64,000 bases of DNA. It comes from Thermoproteota archaeon. GTDB taxonomy: Archaea; Thermoproteota; Thermoprotei; Thermofilales; B9-G17. The notes below the pieces were generated by a model. That model searched no databases. It saw nothing but the letters and a program-made list of their open reading frames with translations, and was not told where the DNA came from. The translations under genes and the position numbers were made by a program. The stretch spans positions 64,001 to 128,000 of the forward strand of contig JAPDJW010000002.1 in NCBI GenBank assembly GCA_029258885.1. The letters run 5' to 3'. Positions 18,840 through 27,927 of the stretch are shown here, piece after piece; the first letter of the stretch is position 1; every line of letters starts with the position of its first letter.

Positions 18840-21800
18840 ACCTCTTCACACCTCTTCTCACATATTCATCTTTAAGATTTGGCTTAAGGGATCTCCAGAT
18901 TAGGAACTGCTTCCTAATTTCCCGGAAGAATGCAGAGTTAGAAGATATCCAGGGCAAATCCGGCCCACTTTCCCTAACGACAAGTGCCTCAAAGACGTAT
19001 ACCTTACCGATCCTTCTTGCAATTAGGTTGAAGTCCTGAATTATCCCCTGATCAAAGGGTGCCAGCCTCATCCTTACCGACATTATCTTTACATCCTCCT
19101 TAGCAGTTGATCTAACGCTGTAGTTAAAGCCTCCATCTATGTAGAATAGGCCTACCCTCTCTATTGAGTGAGCTTCCAAGTACTCCCTAATGAACTCGAA
19201 GACCCCACACGCCTCCCTCTCGGTGGATCTGAATGGCAGCGGCAGTGACCACATGTTCCCAGTTGGTTTCGTCGTTATCTTCCATTTCCTTTCAAGTGAT
19301 GGCGTAACCAATTTCGCAGCCTTTACAGCTGGATAAACGGTTGATAAGAGGGAGAAAGCCATTGCAACGCTGGTAATTATGAGTATAGCTAGTGACGCAT
19401 AATTTGGATAAAAGCCGGCCGGATAGAGTCCCAGTTGCCATAGTGTCCATGAACCTATTACACCTGCAATATATCCTAATATTCCTCCAATGGCTGCATG
19501 AATCAATGATTCAGCTAGGAATAAACCCAAGACATGTAGTGGCGCTAGACCTATGGCGCTATATATCTTTATCTCCCTAACCCTCTCATAGACAGAGCCG
19601 AGCATAGTAATGAGAATTGTAAATGACGCTATAGTTAGTGGAACTACTATTCCTTGGGCTCCACCTATACTGTAGTATATTCTAGGCGATATCCTGTATA
19701 TTCTACCCATTATTTCGTCAGGCTTATCCTTATATCCCACGTACGCGTCCACCATTAACCGTTTGGAGAAAGCTACAGCTATATCGAGGATATCTTCACG
19801 TGAAAGCTGTCCCTTTAATTCTAGGCTTATGGCGTTTGGCTCCTGATAGAACATAATTTGAGCAAGCTTATATGGTATTATTAACACTTCATCGCCCGTT
19901 AATCTTCTCCCCATAGCTCCCTCGGATAATTGCCGTGGATCAATAGGCGTTATTGGCATGCCGTCTAGGTCTGTTACTCCCTCAGTTCCCGTCCATAGAA
20001 TATCGCCACTATATATCGCCACAATCTTTAGATGTACACCCCATATTTCAATCGTGGATCCCAGATCCACTGCTTTGCCAGTATATTTCTGTATCAATTC
20101 GGCGGTCTTTTCGCTTATTGCACATACGAATACTTGATCCTCGGTAAACCATTCTCCTCTTTCAATAATTTTATCTATGCCTAAGGCTCTTCCACCCTCG
20201 GGCGATACCGCTAATAGGGCTTTTATTGGTACGCTAGGCGATACATTCCATAAATATAGTATTTGGACGCTCTTCGGGTATATCCACGTTCTAACGCCTA
20301 CTGCAAATGAATCCCTGTAGTTTATCGAGAACTCATATACGAACTCATACGGTATTGGCCTCAATATCATCCATGGTGCTCTTTCAACAAGTATTCCTGT
20401 ATAGGGCGTAATGCCGTCGGAGCTTTTAATTGATAATGTTACCGCCGAGGAGATGGAAGTGAATGCCGTGAGCGAGAACATAGTTATTACGACTGAAGTT
20501 ATGGTTAGGAATGTTCTAAGCCTCCTTTTACGCATATTCTGTACGCCTATCGAGAGAGCTGACATGAATGCCCCTAGCCTCTCGATTTCGGCGTAGTGCT
20601 TTCCTATGAGTATTTCCCTTATCCTCTTCATGTGCGAGTACGTCTCCCCTATAGATAATACGAGCAATATTAACAGGAATATGGTTAAGGCTGTAGCTAC
20701 CGCTAGTATGAAAACGTTAGTTGCAACGTGTACGCCGGGATGGAATATTGCCAATATGAAAGCTGTAATTATGTAGATTAGGATGAAGTATATCAGCCGT
20801 TTAACCCCGTATGACATGAAGATTAGCCTCTCCATACCCATCGAGAACGGTATGGCTAGGAACATGAAGAACAGTATTGATAGTATTATCTCGTTTATCT
20901 GATCCATGGCGGATGAATACGTAGCCCTAGAGAAAGCCCAGAGGGGTATCGATAAAGTATAAACCTTCAGCATATCCTCTTTCTTCAGCGCCTCATCTAC
21001 GAGCTCCCTATATTTAACCATAAGGCCGTAGTATTCGAAGAGTCTAGCTGTCACTGCTCCCTTCTCTACTAGAATCTTTGCCCTAGATATTGCTATGTGG
21101 TAGAGGTCTCGTGAGAAGTTTATGGGTGAAAGAATTATACATTCTCCCCTCTTCAGCGTGTAGCCGTATCCTTGAGGATGCTTATCGGATGAGTTTATCA
21201 GAATTATAAGCGGATATACTTCATCCGTCCTCACTATTACCTCTGAGGGCATATTTGGCTCTATGAAAGCCATGATATCCTGTATCGCTGTTGGTATGGA
21301 TTTCGCCGTAATCTGCGGCTGTGTAAACAGCACATCCCTATGGATCAGAGGCGTATGGGAGAAGAAGTTTAGGACTTCTATGCTCCTAATGTTTATCTGA
21401 AGAGATTGCGGGTTTATGGGTTGTAGTATAGCTATTGATGCCGCCTCAAATACTGGGACTATCTTATACGCATTCGCCACCGTGAGGCTTATCTCCCTCG
21501 ATAGGCCGTAGACTCCCGTATCTGTAGCGCATATTATGGCATTATATTCCTCGTTAAAGGTATACGCTTGAACGTCAACTGTAGAGAACGGCTTTAAGCC
21601 CTTTAGCGTGAATATTCCGTTTTCATCAGGTATTGCTACTATGGTGAATCCGTTTGCCGCCCACTTGGGGTTCGGTGGATTATTATAAGCCCTGATAAAG
21701 AACACTGTATTAGGAAGACTTACATTATCATACCATGCAGTTGTAATGTTGTATTTTGCAAGTTGTATTGTTAATGTTACGTAGCCCCAGTCACTATATA

Positions 21801-23244
21801 ACTCCGCTGGATTTAGTACATAGGGTATCTCCATGTTAACGTATTCGTATAGCGCTATCCAGAGGTACTTTGCTTGAGGCTCCACGTTTTCCCACTTAAT
21901 TCTCTCATATGTATCCAGTATTGTACATTGAACAATCCTTAGAGCATTAGTTGTTACGAAGCTTAATCCTCCTCCAAAGCAGGCTGAAGTAAACGGCTCC
22001 GACTCCAAATATAGAAGTGGGGGATCCATCGGCAATGTAAGCTTTATCCAGGGCGGATAGGAATTTAATACCATATCAACTACGTGAAAATCCTCATTGA
22101 AGATGGATTTAGCTTCGTCAAGCCATGAACCGAAGAAGGTATCCATAATCCACGTATACTTCTGGTTTATTAGGGAGTCAGGGCTTACATAGCCGTATCC
22201 AAGCCCAAACACGTAGAGTCCAAGCACATCGCTATCGCTAGCCAAGTCTATGCTTAGAAAGCCCTTTATGAATACACCTAGCTTCCTGAAGTATCTACTC
22301 ACGAACTCCCTAGATCCCCATAGACCTTGATAGTGACCAGACAGGGCAACAAGCCAGACTGTTCTCTTAGGTCTATACTTGTTGAGTACTCTTGCATACT
22401 CCAGTAGGAAAGCTATTCCCAGTGCGTCGGTTGCACCGGGAGCTTTACCTAGCACATGGGAGAATGAATCGTAGTGTGCGGCTAGTACAATTATTTCACC
22501 CCTTTTAACCGGATCACTTCCCTTTATTACAGCTATTATATTGGGTACGGCTATCTTCCTCCATACGACTCTAACATTAACTCTAATTCTAACTTCGTTA
22601 CCTGTGGAAAGAAGGTTTTTCAGCATTTCTCCACTACTTGAATTAATTAGGAGACGTGGGAAGGCTACGGGTATGCTCAGGCTCTTAAGGAAGCCCTCCA
22701 TGTAGCTCGTAGTTTTAGGCTCAATGAATATTACTCCCTTTGCACCAAGCATCAGATATACCTTCCATTCCCACCCGGTATTGAACTTCGTTAATACAAA
22801 CTTGCCTCTAACGCTGGTATTTCCCAGCTCATCCAGCCTTTTAATATAGACTATACCGTCGCCCTCGGCTGGGCTTGTGTACGACGATGGATTTACATGG
22901 TTTGGATACAGCGGGTAGGCTATTATATTATATATGTGTCCGCCGTGAAGTACTTCAATGTAGGAATACTCTACTATGGGAACCGTTATGTTATAGTAAT
23001 CAAGCCTTACGTCAGCACCGTACTTTCTAAAGATTTTCTTAATATACTCCGCTGCCTTAAAGAATCCGCTATAGCCTGTCATTCTGGTGTTAAGTGATGA
23101 AAGATACTTTACGTGTTCTTTAATTTTATTAAGATTTAGGAGACTCGCCACGTCTTCAAGAGAAGCCTCGGCGTATACATGGTTTAGGCTATAGAGACTT
23201 GCAGCCAATATTGTTAGGATAAATAATGCCAAAACTTTCCTCAA
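18829..23244 (-). CDS. Fusion: signal peptide, PA/M28 peptidase-like ectodomain, FtsX/MacB-type ABC permease domains
   Basis: VLAAHYDS..APGATD (M28 fold); NMRKRRLRTFLTITSV (MacB TM1); GSVYERVREIKIYSAIGL..LFLAES (FtsX signature). Confidence 0.85.
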   Translation of the reverse strand: MRKVLALFILTILAASLYSLNHVYAEASLEDVASLLNLNKIKEHVKYLSSLNTRMTGYSGFFKAAEYIKKIFRKYGADVRLDYYNITVPIVEYSYIEVLHGGHIYNIIAYPLYPNHVNPSSYTSPAEGDGIVYIKRLDELGNTSVRGKFVLTKFNTGWEWKVYLMLGAKGVIFIEPKTTSYMEGFLKSLSIPVAFPRLLINSSSGEMLKNLLSTGNEVRIRVNVRVVWRKIAVPNIIAVIKGSDPVKRGEIIVLAAHYDSFSHVLGKAPGATDALGIAFLLEYARVLNKYRPKRTVWLVALSGHYQGLWGSREFVSRYFRKLGVFIKGFLSIDLASDSDVLGLYVFGLGYGYVSPDSLINQKYTWIMDTFFGSWLDEAKSIFNEDFHVVDMVLNSYPPWIKLTLPMDPPLLYLESEPFTSACFGGGLSFVTTNALRIVQCTILDTYERIKWENVEPQAKYLWIALYEYVNMEIPYVLNPAELYSDWGYVTLTIQLAKYNITTAWYDNVSLPNTVFFIRAYNNPPNPKWAANGFTIVAIPDENGIFTLKGLKPFSTVDVQAYTFNEEYNAIICATDTGVYGLSREISLTVANAYKIVPVFEAASIAILQPINPQSLQINIRSIEVLNFFSHTPLIHRDVLFTQPQITAKSIPTAIQDIMAFIEPNMPSEVIVRTDEVYPLIILINSSDKHPQGYGYTLKRGECIILSPINFSRDLYHIAISRAKILVEKGAVTARLFEYYGLMVKYRELVDEALKKEDMLKVYTLSIPLWAFSRATYSSAMDQINEIILSILFFMFLAIPFSMGMERLIFMSYGVKRLIYFILIYIITAFILAIFHPGVHVATNVFILAVATALTIFLLILLVLSIGETYSHMKRIREILIGKHYAEIERLGAFMSALSIGVQNMRKRRLRTFLTITSVVITMFSLTAFTSISSAVTLSIKSSDGITPYTGILVERAPWMILRPIPYEFVYEFSINYRDSFAVGVRTWIYPKSVQILYLWNVSPSVPIKALLAVSPEGGRALGIDKIIERGEWFTEDQVFVCAISEKTAELIQKYTGKAVDLGSTIEIWGVHLKIVAIYSGDILWTGTEGVTDLDGMPITPIDPRQLSEGAMGRRLTGDEVLIIPYKLAQIMFYQEPNAISLELKGQLSREDILDIAVAFSKRLMVDAYVGYKDKPDEIMGRIYRISPRIYYSIGGAQGIVVPLTIASFTILITMLGSVYERVREIKIYSAIGLAPLHVLGLFLAESLIHAAIGGILGYIAGVIGSWTLWQLGLYPAGFYPNYASLAILIITSVAMAFSLLSTVYPAVKAAKLVTPSLERKWKITTKPTGNMWSLPLPFRSTEREACGVFEFIREYLEAHSIERVGLFYIDGGFNYSVRSTAKEDVKIMSVRMRLAPFDQGIIQDFNLIARRIGKVYVFEALVVRESGPDLPWISSNSAFFREIRKQFLIWRSLKPNLKDEYVRRGVKRFEQ

Positions 23245-25838
23245 GGTTTATCATCTCTTTTTAATATTTTAATCATTTCTATGAATAAAATAGTAATTGG
23301 TATAATTATTAGAGCCCCCAAGGTAATAAGGGGCATAAAACTAGGTCTCTCAGGTTGTTTTACTTCCTCCTTAACAGTATAGAGGATGATTGAGATTATG
23401 CCGTCTTCCGACTTAATGTATACGAGGTAGTAGCCTCTCGTCAAGGGCTTATATTTAACCTCATTGACCCCGGCTGTTATATTGATTTTAATTGAGCTAA
23501 TGAAGCCAGTTACTACCTCAACTATCTTTAACTCCGCCTTCCCAATATTGGTGTTTGATGACACCTTGATGGCTATGGTATTGTTTTTAGGCTGAAAGGC
23601 TATCTTGACATCGCTTCTCAGTCGAAACATCTTGCTCGGGATAACCAAGTATAGAATCCCTGTGGAGTTTGATACCTTAACTTCGAAGCCCTCGGCTAAG
23701 TCTACGTCCTTAACCTGGGACTTCCTAAAGACGTCGTAAACTGTATACTCCGTGTCTTTCAAATCGCTTAGATTCAGAAAGACGCTGTACTCCTTATTTG
23801 CTAGGTTGGTTAGTGCCTTAATTATGTATATTTCGCCGTCCCTTAACGTTCCTACCTGAAGCCCAGCGAACTCCATAATGCCATATGGTGGAAGCCTTAC
23901 GGTATTGTAGTGGTAGATGCGGTTCAATGTAGCGAGAACTATCGGCTCACCCGCTCCATAGATTTCCTGCCCTATAATTCCGTTCTTCCTAAATCCAAAC
24001 CTTAAATCTTCAATAGGTATCGTATAGTTCCTTACAATGACGCCTATATTCGGCTTCTTCTCAATAGTCTCGGGTGGCAGGAATTCAGGCAACGTATACT
24101 TTGCCACAGTATTTGAGTATTTAAAGAACTCATTAAGTAGGCTCTTTAAGTAGTCGGGCAGTTTATCTCCCACAAGCAAATAGTATTCTTTAAGCCACAG
24201 AACACTCTCATACAGCTCCTTAGCAGCTATGTAATCAACAATTCCACAGCATGGAAGTATTCCAAAGAATGTAATCCATCTATCTTCAAGCTGCCATATT
24301 GAAGCCCTCCACATGAGGTTTGCAATCATATAGTAGCTCAATTTAAGATACCTCTCTTTGCCCGTGTAGAGATATGCCTTAGCGGCAGCCACTGCAGACA
24401 TAGCTGTGATATGTGCTTCGTAGAATACCTCTAATGGAAAATCCATTAACCTATCTAAGGCTTTTAACGCCTCATTTAGGTAGGTGCTATTTCCACTTAA
24501 CTCATATGCTAGAAACATTACGTAGGAGTAAGCTCCAGCCACGTCCAGTTCCTGACCACCTGGTATCGGTTCCAGGGTATACCTGTTAAAGAACACCGGA
24601 AAAGTATAGTTTATTTTCCTTGCAAACTCTATTAAATTATCTATGCTATTGAAGAACGTTAAGTACGCATTCTGCGATCCCATAAATGCTAACTTTGCAA
24701 GCTTAGCCATGTGTCCAACTATGTACCATGAATCCTCCTTAACGCCGGGTGGATACGAGTTTGAAATCATACCCTTTGAATAGAATAGAGGTATGAGTCT
24801 GTCTAAATGGTCGTCAATCCATGATACATTACCTAAATAGGATTCATAGAGCCTTATAGCATAGCAGAGCTCTAAAACTGTTATTAGTTCTGAAGCCACA
24901 CGTGGATCTTCTACATAAGCTCTTGGAAAAATTTCCCCTCTCAAATTTACCCAACACTCGTTTTTACCTAAATCCAGCAACGCCTTCTTAGCGTAGTTAT
25001 CCCAGTTAATCTCCTCATACTTAGGCTTCTTAATTCTCTCATAGAGATTAGCGAGAGATCTTAGGTAAAAGCCTGAGACCTCAAGCTTATTATTGAAGGT
25101 TAGGTTTGGACGAATTAAAACATGATACTTATGTATAGGGATCTCACTCTCAGCTAGCTGTACGCTCTTTTCAGCAACGCACTTAAAGCCGAAGCAGCAG
25201 AAAGATTTCATGTCCCTTTTGCCCTTGTATGCTACGGTATTTTTCCATATGTGATAAGCTCCCTGCTTGAGTAGAATTTTGGAATAATATATATCCTCCA
25301 GATAAGCTACTCCCAGGGATAAGGGGGGTATATATATGCATATGTAGGGCGTCCCCATGCCAAGCTGCGGGAATATTACATTATATTCAAGCTCACCCTC
25401 ACATATTACATAGGCGTCTGGATAGATGTTCAGCTTTACACTCTTAGAAGACTTACTACTAACATAAATTGCTGAATCTATCAGGAGACTATCATTAACC
25501 AATGTAATATTAATTATCACATGATATATTACTTCGTCGACCTCGGATGATAAGTCTATTTTAATGCTGTTATTAAAACAATTATAACGGAAATTCCGTA
25601 TATGTTCCTCGCTCAAAACCGGCCTATTGTATCCTGTGGTTATACCATTTAAAACTACAACGTAATCCTCATTCCCATACCTAATAACTATACCTTTATT
25701 CTCCTTAAAATCAAATTCAATATGATAATTTCCAAGAGTTAGCTTGTTGGCAGAGATCATGAAATCCACCAAGCTAAATATTAGGAGGAGGATTATTGAA
25801 AAAGTAATTATCTCATTAAATATATCAAGCAATTCCAT
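23241..25838 (-). CDS. Secreted, membrane-anchored six-hairpin (alpha/alpha)6 glycosidase-like protein
   Basis: N- and C-terminal hydrophobic helices; helical repeats DSWY, ELDVAGAYSYVMFLAYELSGNSTYLNEA, YLYTGKERYL; QEIYGAG. Confidence 0.6.
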   Translation of the reverse strand: MELLDIFNEIITFSIILLLIFSLVDFMISANKLTLGNYHIEFDFKENKGIVIRYGNEDYVVVLNGITTGYNRPVLSEEHIRNFRYNCFNNSIKIDLSSEVDEVIYHVIINITLVNDSLLIDSAIYVSSKSSKSVKLNIYPDAYVICEGELEYNVIFPQLGMGTPYICIYIPPLSLGVAYLEDIYYSKILLKQGAYHIWKNTVAYKGKRDMKSFCCFGFKCVAEKSVQLAESEIPIHKYHVLIRPNLTFNNKLEVSGFYLRSLANLYERIKKPKYEEINWDNYAKKALLDLGKNECWVNLRGEIFPRAYVEDPRVASELITVLELCYAIRLYESYLGNVSWIDDHLDRLIPLFYSKGMISNSYPPGVKEDSWYIVGHMAKLAKLAFMGSQNAYLTFFNSIDNLIEFARKINYTFPVFFNRYTLEPIPGGQELDVAGAYSYVMFLAYELSGNSTYLNEALKALDRLMDFPLEVFYEAHITAMSAVAAAKAYLYTGKERYLKLSYYMIANLMWRASIWQLEDRWITFFGILPCCGIVDYIAAKELYESVLWLKEYYLLVGDKLPDYLKSLLNEFFKYSNTVAKYTLPEFLPPETIEKKPNIGVIVRNYTIPIEDLRFGFRKNGIIGQEIYGAGEPIVLATLNRIYHYNTVRLPPYGIMEFAGLQVGTLRDGEIYIIKALTNLANKEYSVFLNLSDLKDTEYTVYDVFRKSQVKDVDLAEGFEVKVSNSTGILYLVIPSKMFRLRSDVKIAFQPKNNTIAIKVSSNTNIGKAELKIVEVVTGFISSIKINITAGVNEVKYKPLTRGYYLVYIKSEDGIISIILYTVKEEVKQPERPSFMPLITLGALIIIPITILFIEMIKILKRDDKP

Positions 25839-25842
25839 ACAC

Positions 25843-26733
25843 CTAGAAGAAGTCTGAGATCTCTGCTGTAGCTACGCATACTACTGTATCAGCTGCACCA
25901 TAGTAGACGTATACTTTCTCATCCTTCACTATAGCTCCACAGGTGAATGTTACGTTAGGTACGGCACCTACTTTTTCAAATTCCTCCTCTGGTTCAAGTA
26001 TTGGATCCTTACACCTGTATATTACTCTCCTCGGGTTCCTTAAGTCTAGTATTGCGTAGCCGAGCCTGTAGACATAGTTTTCATCTACTCCATGATATAT
26101 GAAAAGCCAGCCATCCTTCGTTTTAATGGGGGGTGCTCCTGCCCCTACTTTGAGGCTATCCCAAGAATTCTTGCGTGGCATCATAATAATGTTATTGTTG
26201 ATCCATGTCCTCAAGTTCCTGGAGTATGCTATCCAGATATGTGGATGTATCCGGTGGTACATAACGTACATGCCATTATACTTCTCTGGAAGTATTACCG
26301 CATCCTTATTGACTACTTGTGGAAAAGCCATTATCCTCCTTCCCCATCTCCACCTCCTGTTTAGGAAGTCGTCTAGCCTTATCGATGTTATGCCTATCTG
26401 AGGTATTTTACCATCATATGCGGTATAAGTCATGAATATGGTTGATCCAATTCTTGTTAAACGTGGATCCTCGCACCCCCTAGCCTCAGTGCTTAGCTTT
26501 GGCGTAAATATGGGCCTAGGAAGCCTCTCCTTTATAGTGAAGCCATCCTCTGAACACGCATATCCTAATCGTGAAACATTATCCCTTCCCATAGCCCTAT
26601 AAACTATGTGCACTAGACCTCCATCATAGATTGCACCAGCGTTGAAAACCATCTTAGATTCCCAGGAATGATTAGGCACTGGCTTTAAAATTGGATTACC
26701 GGGATATCTCTTTAACTCCATAGAATGTAACAC
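25843..26733 (-). CDS. GH130-family glycosidase/beta-mannoside phosphorylase (cytoplasmic)
   Basis: NPIL.P, VFNAGA, GCEDPRL, NKDAVILPEK, KVGAGAPPIKT..GWL.IYHGV, VPNVTFTCG; no signal peptide. Confidence 0.9.
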   Translation of the reverse strand: MLHSMELKRYPGNPILKPVPNHSWESKMVFNAGAIYDGGLVHIVYRAMGRDNVSRLGYACSEDGFTIKERLPRPIFTPKLSTEARGCEDPRLTRIGSTIFMTYTAYDGKIPQIGITSIRLDDFLNRRWRWGRRIMAFPQVVNKDAVILPEKYNGMYVMYHRIHPHIWIAYSRNLRTWINNNIIMMPRKNSWDSLKVGAGAPPIKTKDGWLFIYHGVDENYVYRLGYAILDLRNPRRVIYRCKDPILEPEEEFEKVGAVPNVTFTCGAIVKDEKVYVYYGAADTVVCVATAEISDFF

Positions 26734-26756
26734 CAGTAAATATAAGCTGATATCAA

Positions 26757-26780
26757 CTTAAAAATCTTTTTGCAAAAGAT
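26757..26780 (-). promoter_or_regulatory. Candidate TATA box with overlapping inverted repeat upstream of the GH130 operon
   Basis: Minus-strand TTTTTAAG at 26757-26764, about 24-31 nt before the GTG at 26733; ATCTTTT-TGC-AAAAGAT at 26764-26780. Confidence 0.35.
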
Positions 26781-27137
26781 AACCACCGATAGATGGTAAA
26801 TAAATGTTAAGATTCTGAAACATATTCGAATCGACAGAATCTATAATCTATATGTTAGTTTAATATTTTTTGATGTTTTTATTGAGTTTTAGGTTGTTTT
26901 GGTATGGATAGTTGTGAAATGGATAAGGCTATTAAAGAGTATGAGTAAAGGTTTTGTAAAACCTTATTTCAGCCCTTAAGCTACATCCAGCTATTTCACC
27001 TTAATTTTTCTAATTTCAGCTTTAAACTCCTCCTTTAAGTGCGTTACTTTTTCCTTAGCTTAGTTAACCTTTTGCTTACCGTCTAAGGTTTTAATCCTAA
27101 CAACTCTTTATTCAATAAATATTAATTTAAGGGTTAA

Positions 27138-27153
27138 ACGGTGCTGACAACTT
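27138..27153 (+). repeat. Left terminal inverted repeat ACGGTGCTGACAACTT
   Basis: Exact reverse complement of 27895..27910. Confidence 0.95.
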
Positions 27154-27861
27154 TATGCAATATGCATCACCTCACATACGAGCCAGCATAATCTAGCAAA
27201 CTCATCCAGCGGCTTTAAGCCTAAAGGCGGAAAACCTAGGCTTAAATAAGTTCTAACGTAATTATAGAAGGCAAGCCAGGCGCTAATCCAGGAAATAGCA
27301 CTAGTAAAACGCTTAAGGCTTAAACGCGGGAAACAAACGTCAAAGCCCCATCCTTCAACATTCAATGAGGCGTTCAGCATAGCTCCTCATACCGCCTGAA
27401 AGCACTACGTGCCTAAGCCTAGCCCAACACGCTGCAGAGGGATACCAGGTAGCGCCATCCATAACGACTATCCTGACGCCGTGTCTAAGACTAAGCCTCC
27501 TTAGAAAGCTGTATGCAGTCCATACGTTGCGTACTGGAGTTATCTGGAAGGCTAGGAACGCCCTATTATAGGGGTCTACTGCAATCCAGAACCAGGCTTT
27601 CCGCCGTCCAAGCCCAATACACGTTTCATCAACTACGGCTATTCTCCTGCTAGCTTTCGGTGTAAGTAGCTTCAGGCTTAGGCTTCCGAATCTATGTATC
27701 CATTTTCTAACTGCTTCCCTGCTCCTATCTATTCCAGCTGTCTTTAGTGTTCGCTCTACTTGCCTTAGGCTTAGTCCTGAGAGATAAAGATATATTGCGT
27801 AGAGCATTATCCATAATGGGGTCCGTAGTCTCCTAAAGAGCTTATGTTGCTTGTTGCCCAT
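27153..27861 (-). pseudogene. IS6/IS240-type DDE transposase, frameshifted near 27360
   Basis: HTH LSGLSLRQV..SREAVRKWIHR, AVVDET, WIAVD, VVMDGA.WY, YAERLIE; C-terminus (GFDVCFP..WLAFYNYVR) continues in another frame. Confidence 0.85.
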
Positions 27862-27894
27862 ACATTATAGGCTACGGACCCTCCCAATAAACTT

Positions 27895-27910
27895 AAGTTG
27901 TCAGCACCGT
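27895..27910 (-). repeat. Right terminal inverted repeat (plus strand AAGTTGTCAGCACCGT)
   Basis: Exact reverse complement of 27138..27153. Confidence 0.95.
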
Positions 27911-27927
27911 AGAATTTCTTAGTCAGT

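Larger units (their letters stand above)
27138..27910 (-). mobile_element. IS6-family insertion sequence (773 bp), degenerate
   Basis: Perfect 16-bp terminal inverted repeats enclosing a DDE transposase; no target-site duplication seen. Confidence 0.85.

Noticed and set aside
26800-27130. Possible decayed coiled-coil gene on the minus strand (KEKVTHLKEEFKAEIRKIKVK between stops)
   Set aside because: Too short and interrupted to assign; could be chance in AT-rich DNA
27340-27380. Programmed frameshift in the IS6 transposase
   Set aside because: No slippery heptamer; the junction looks like two separate deletions, and IS6 transposases are normally single ORFs
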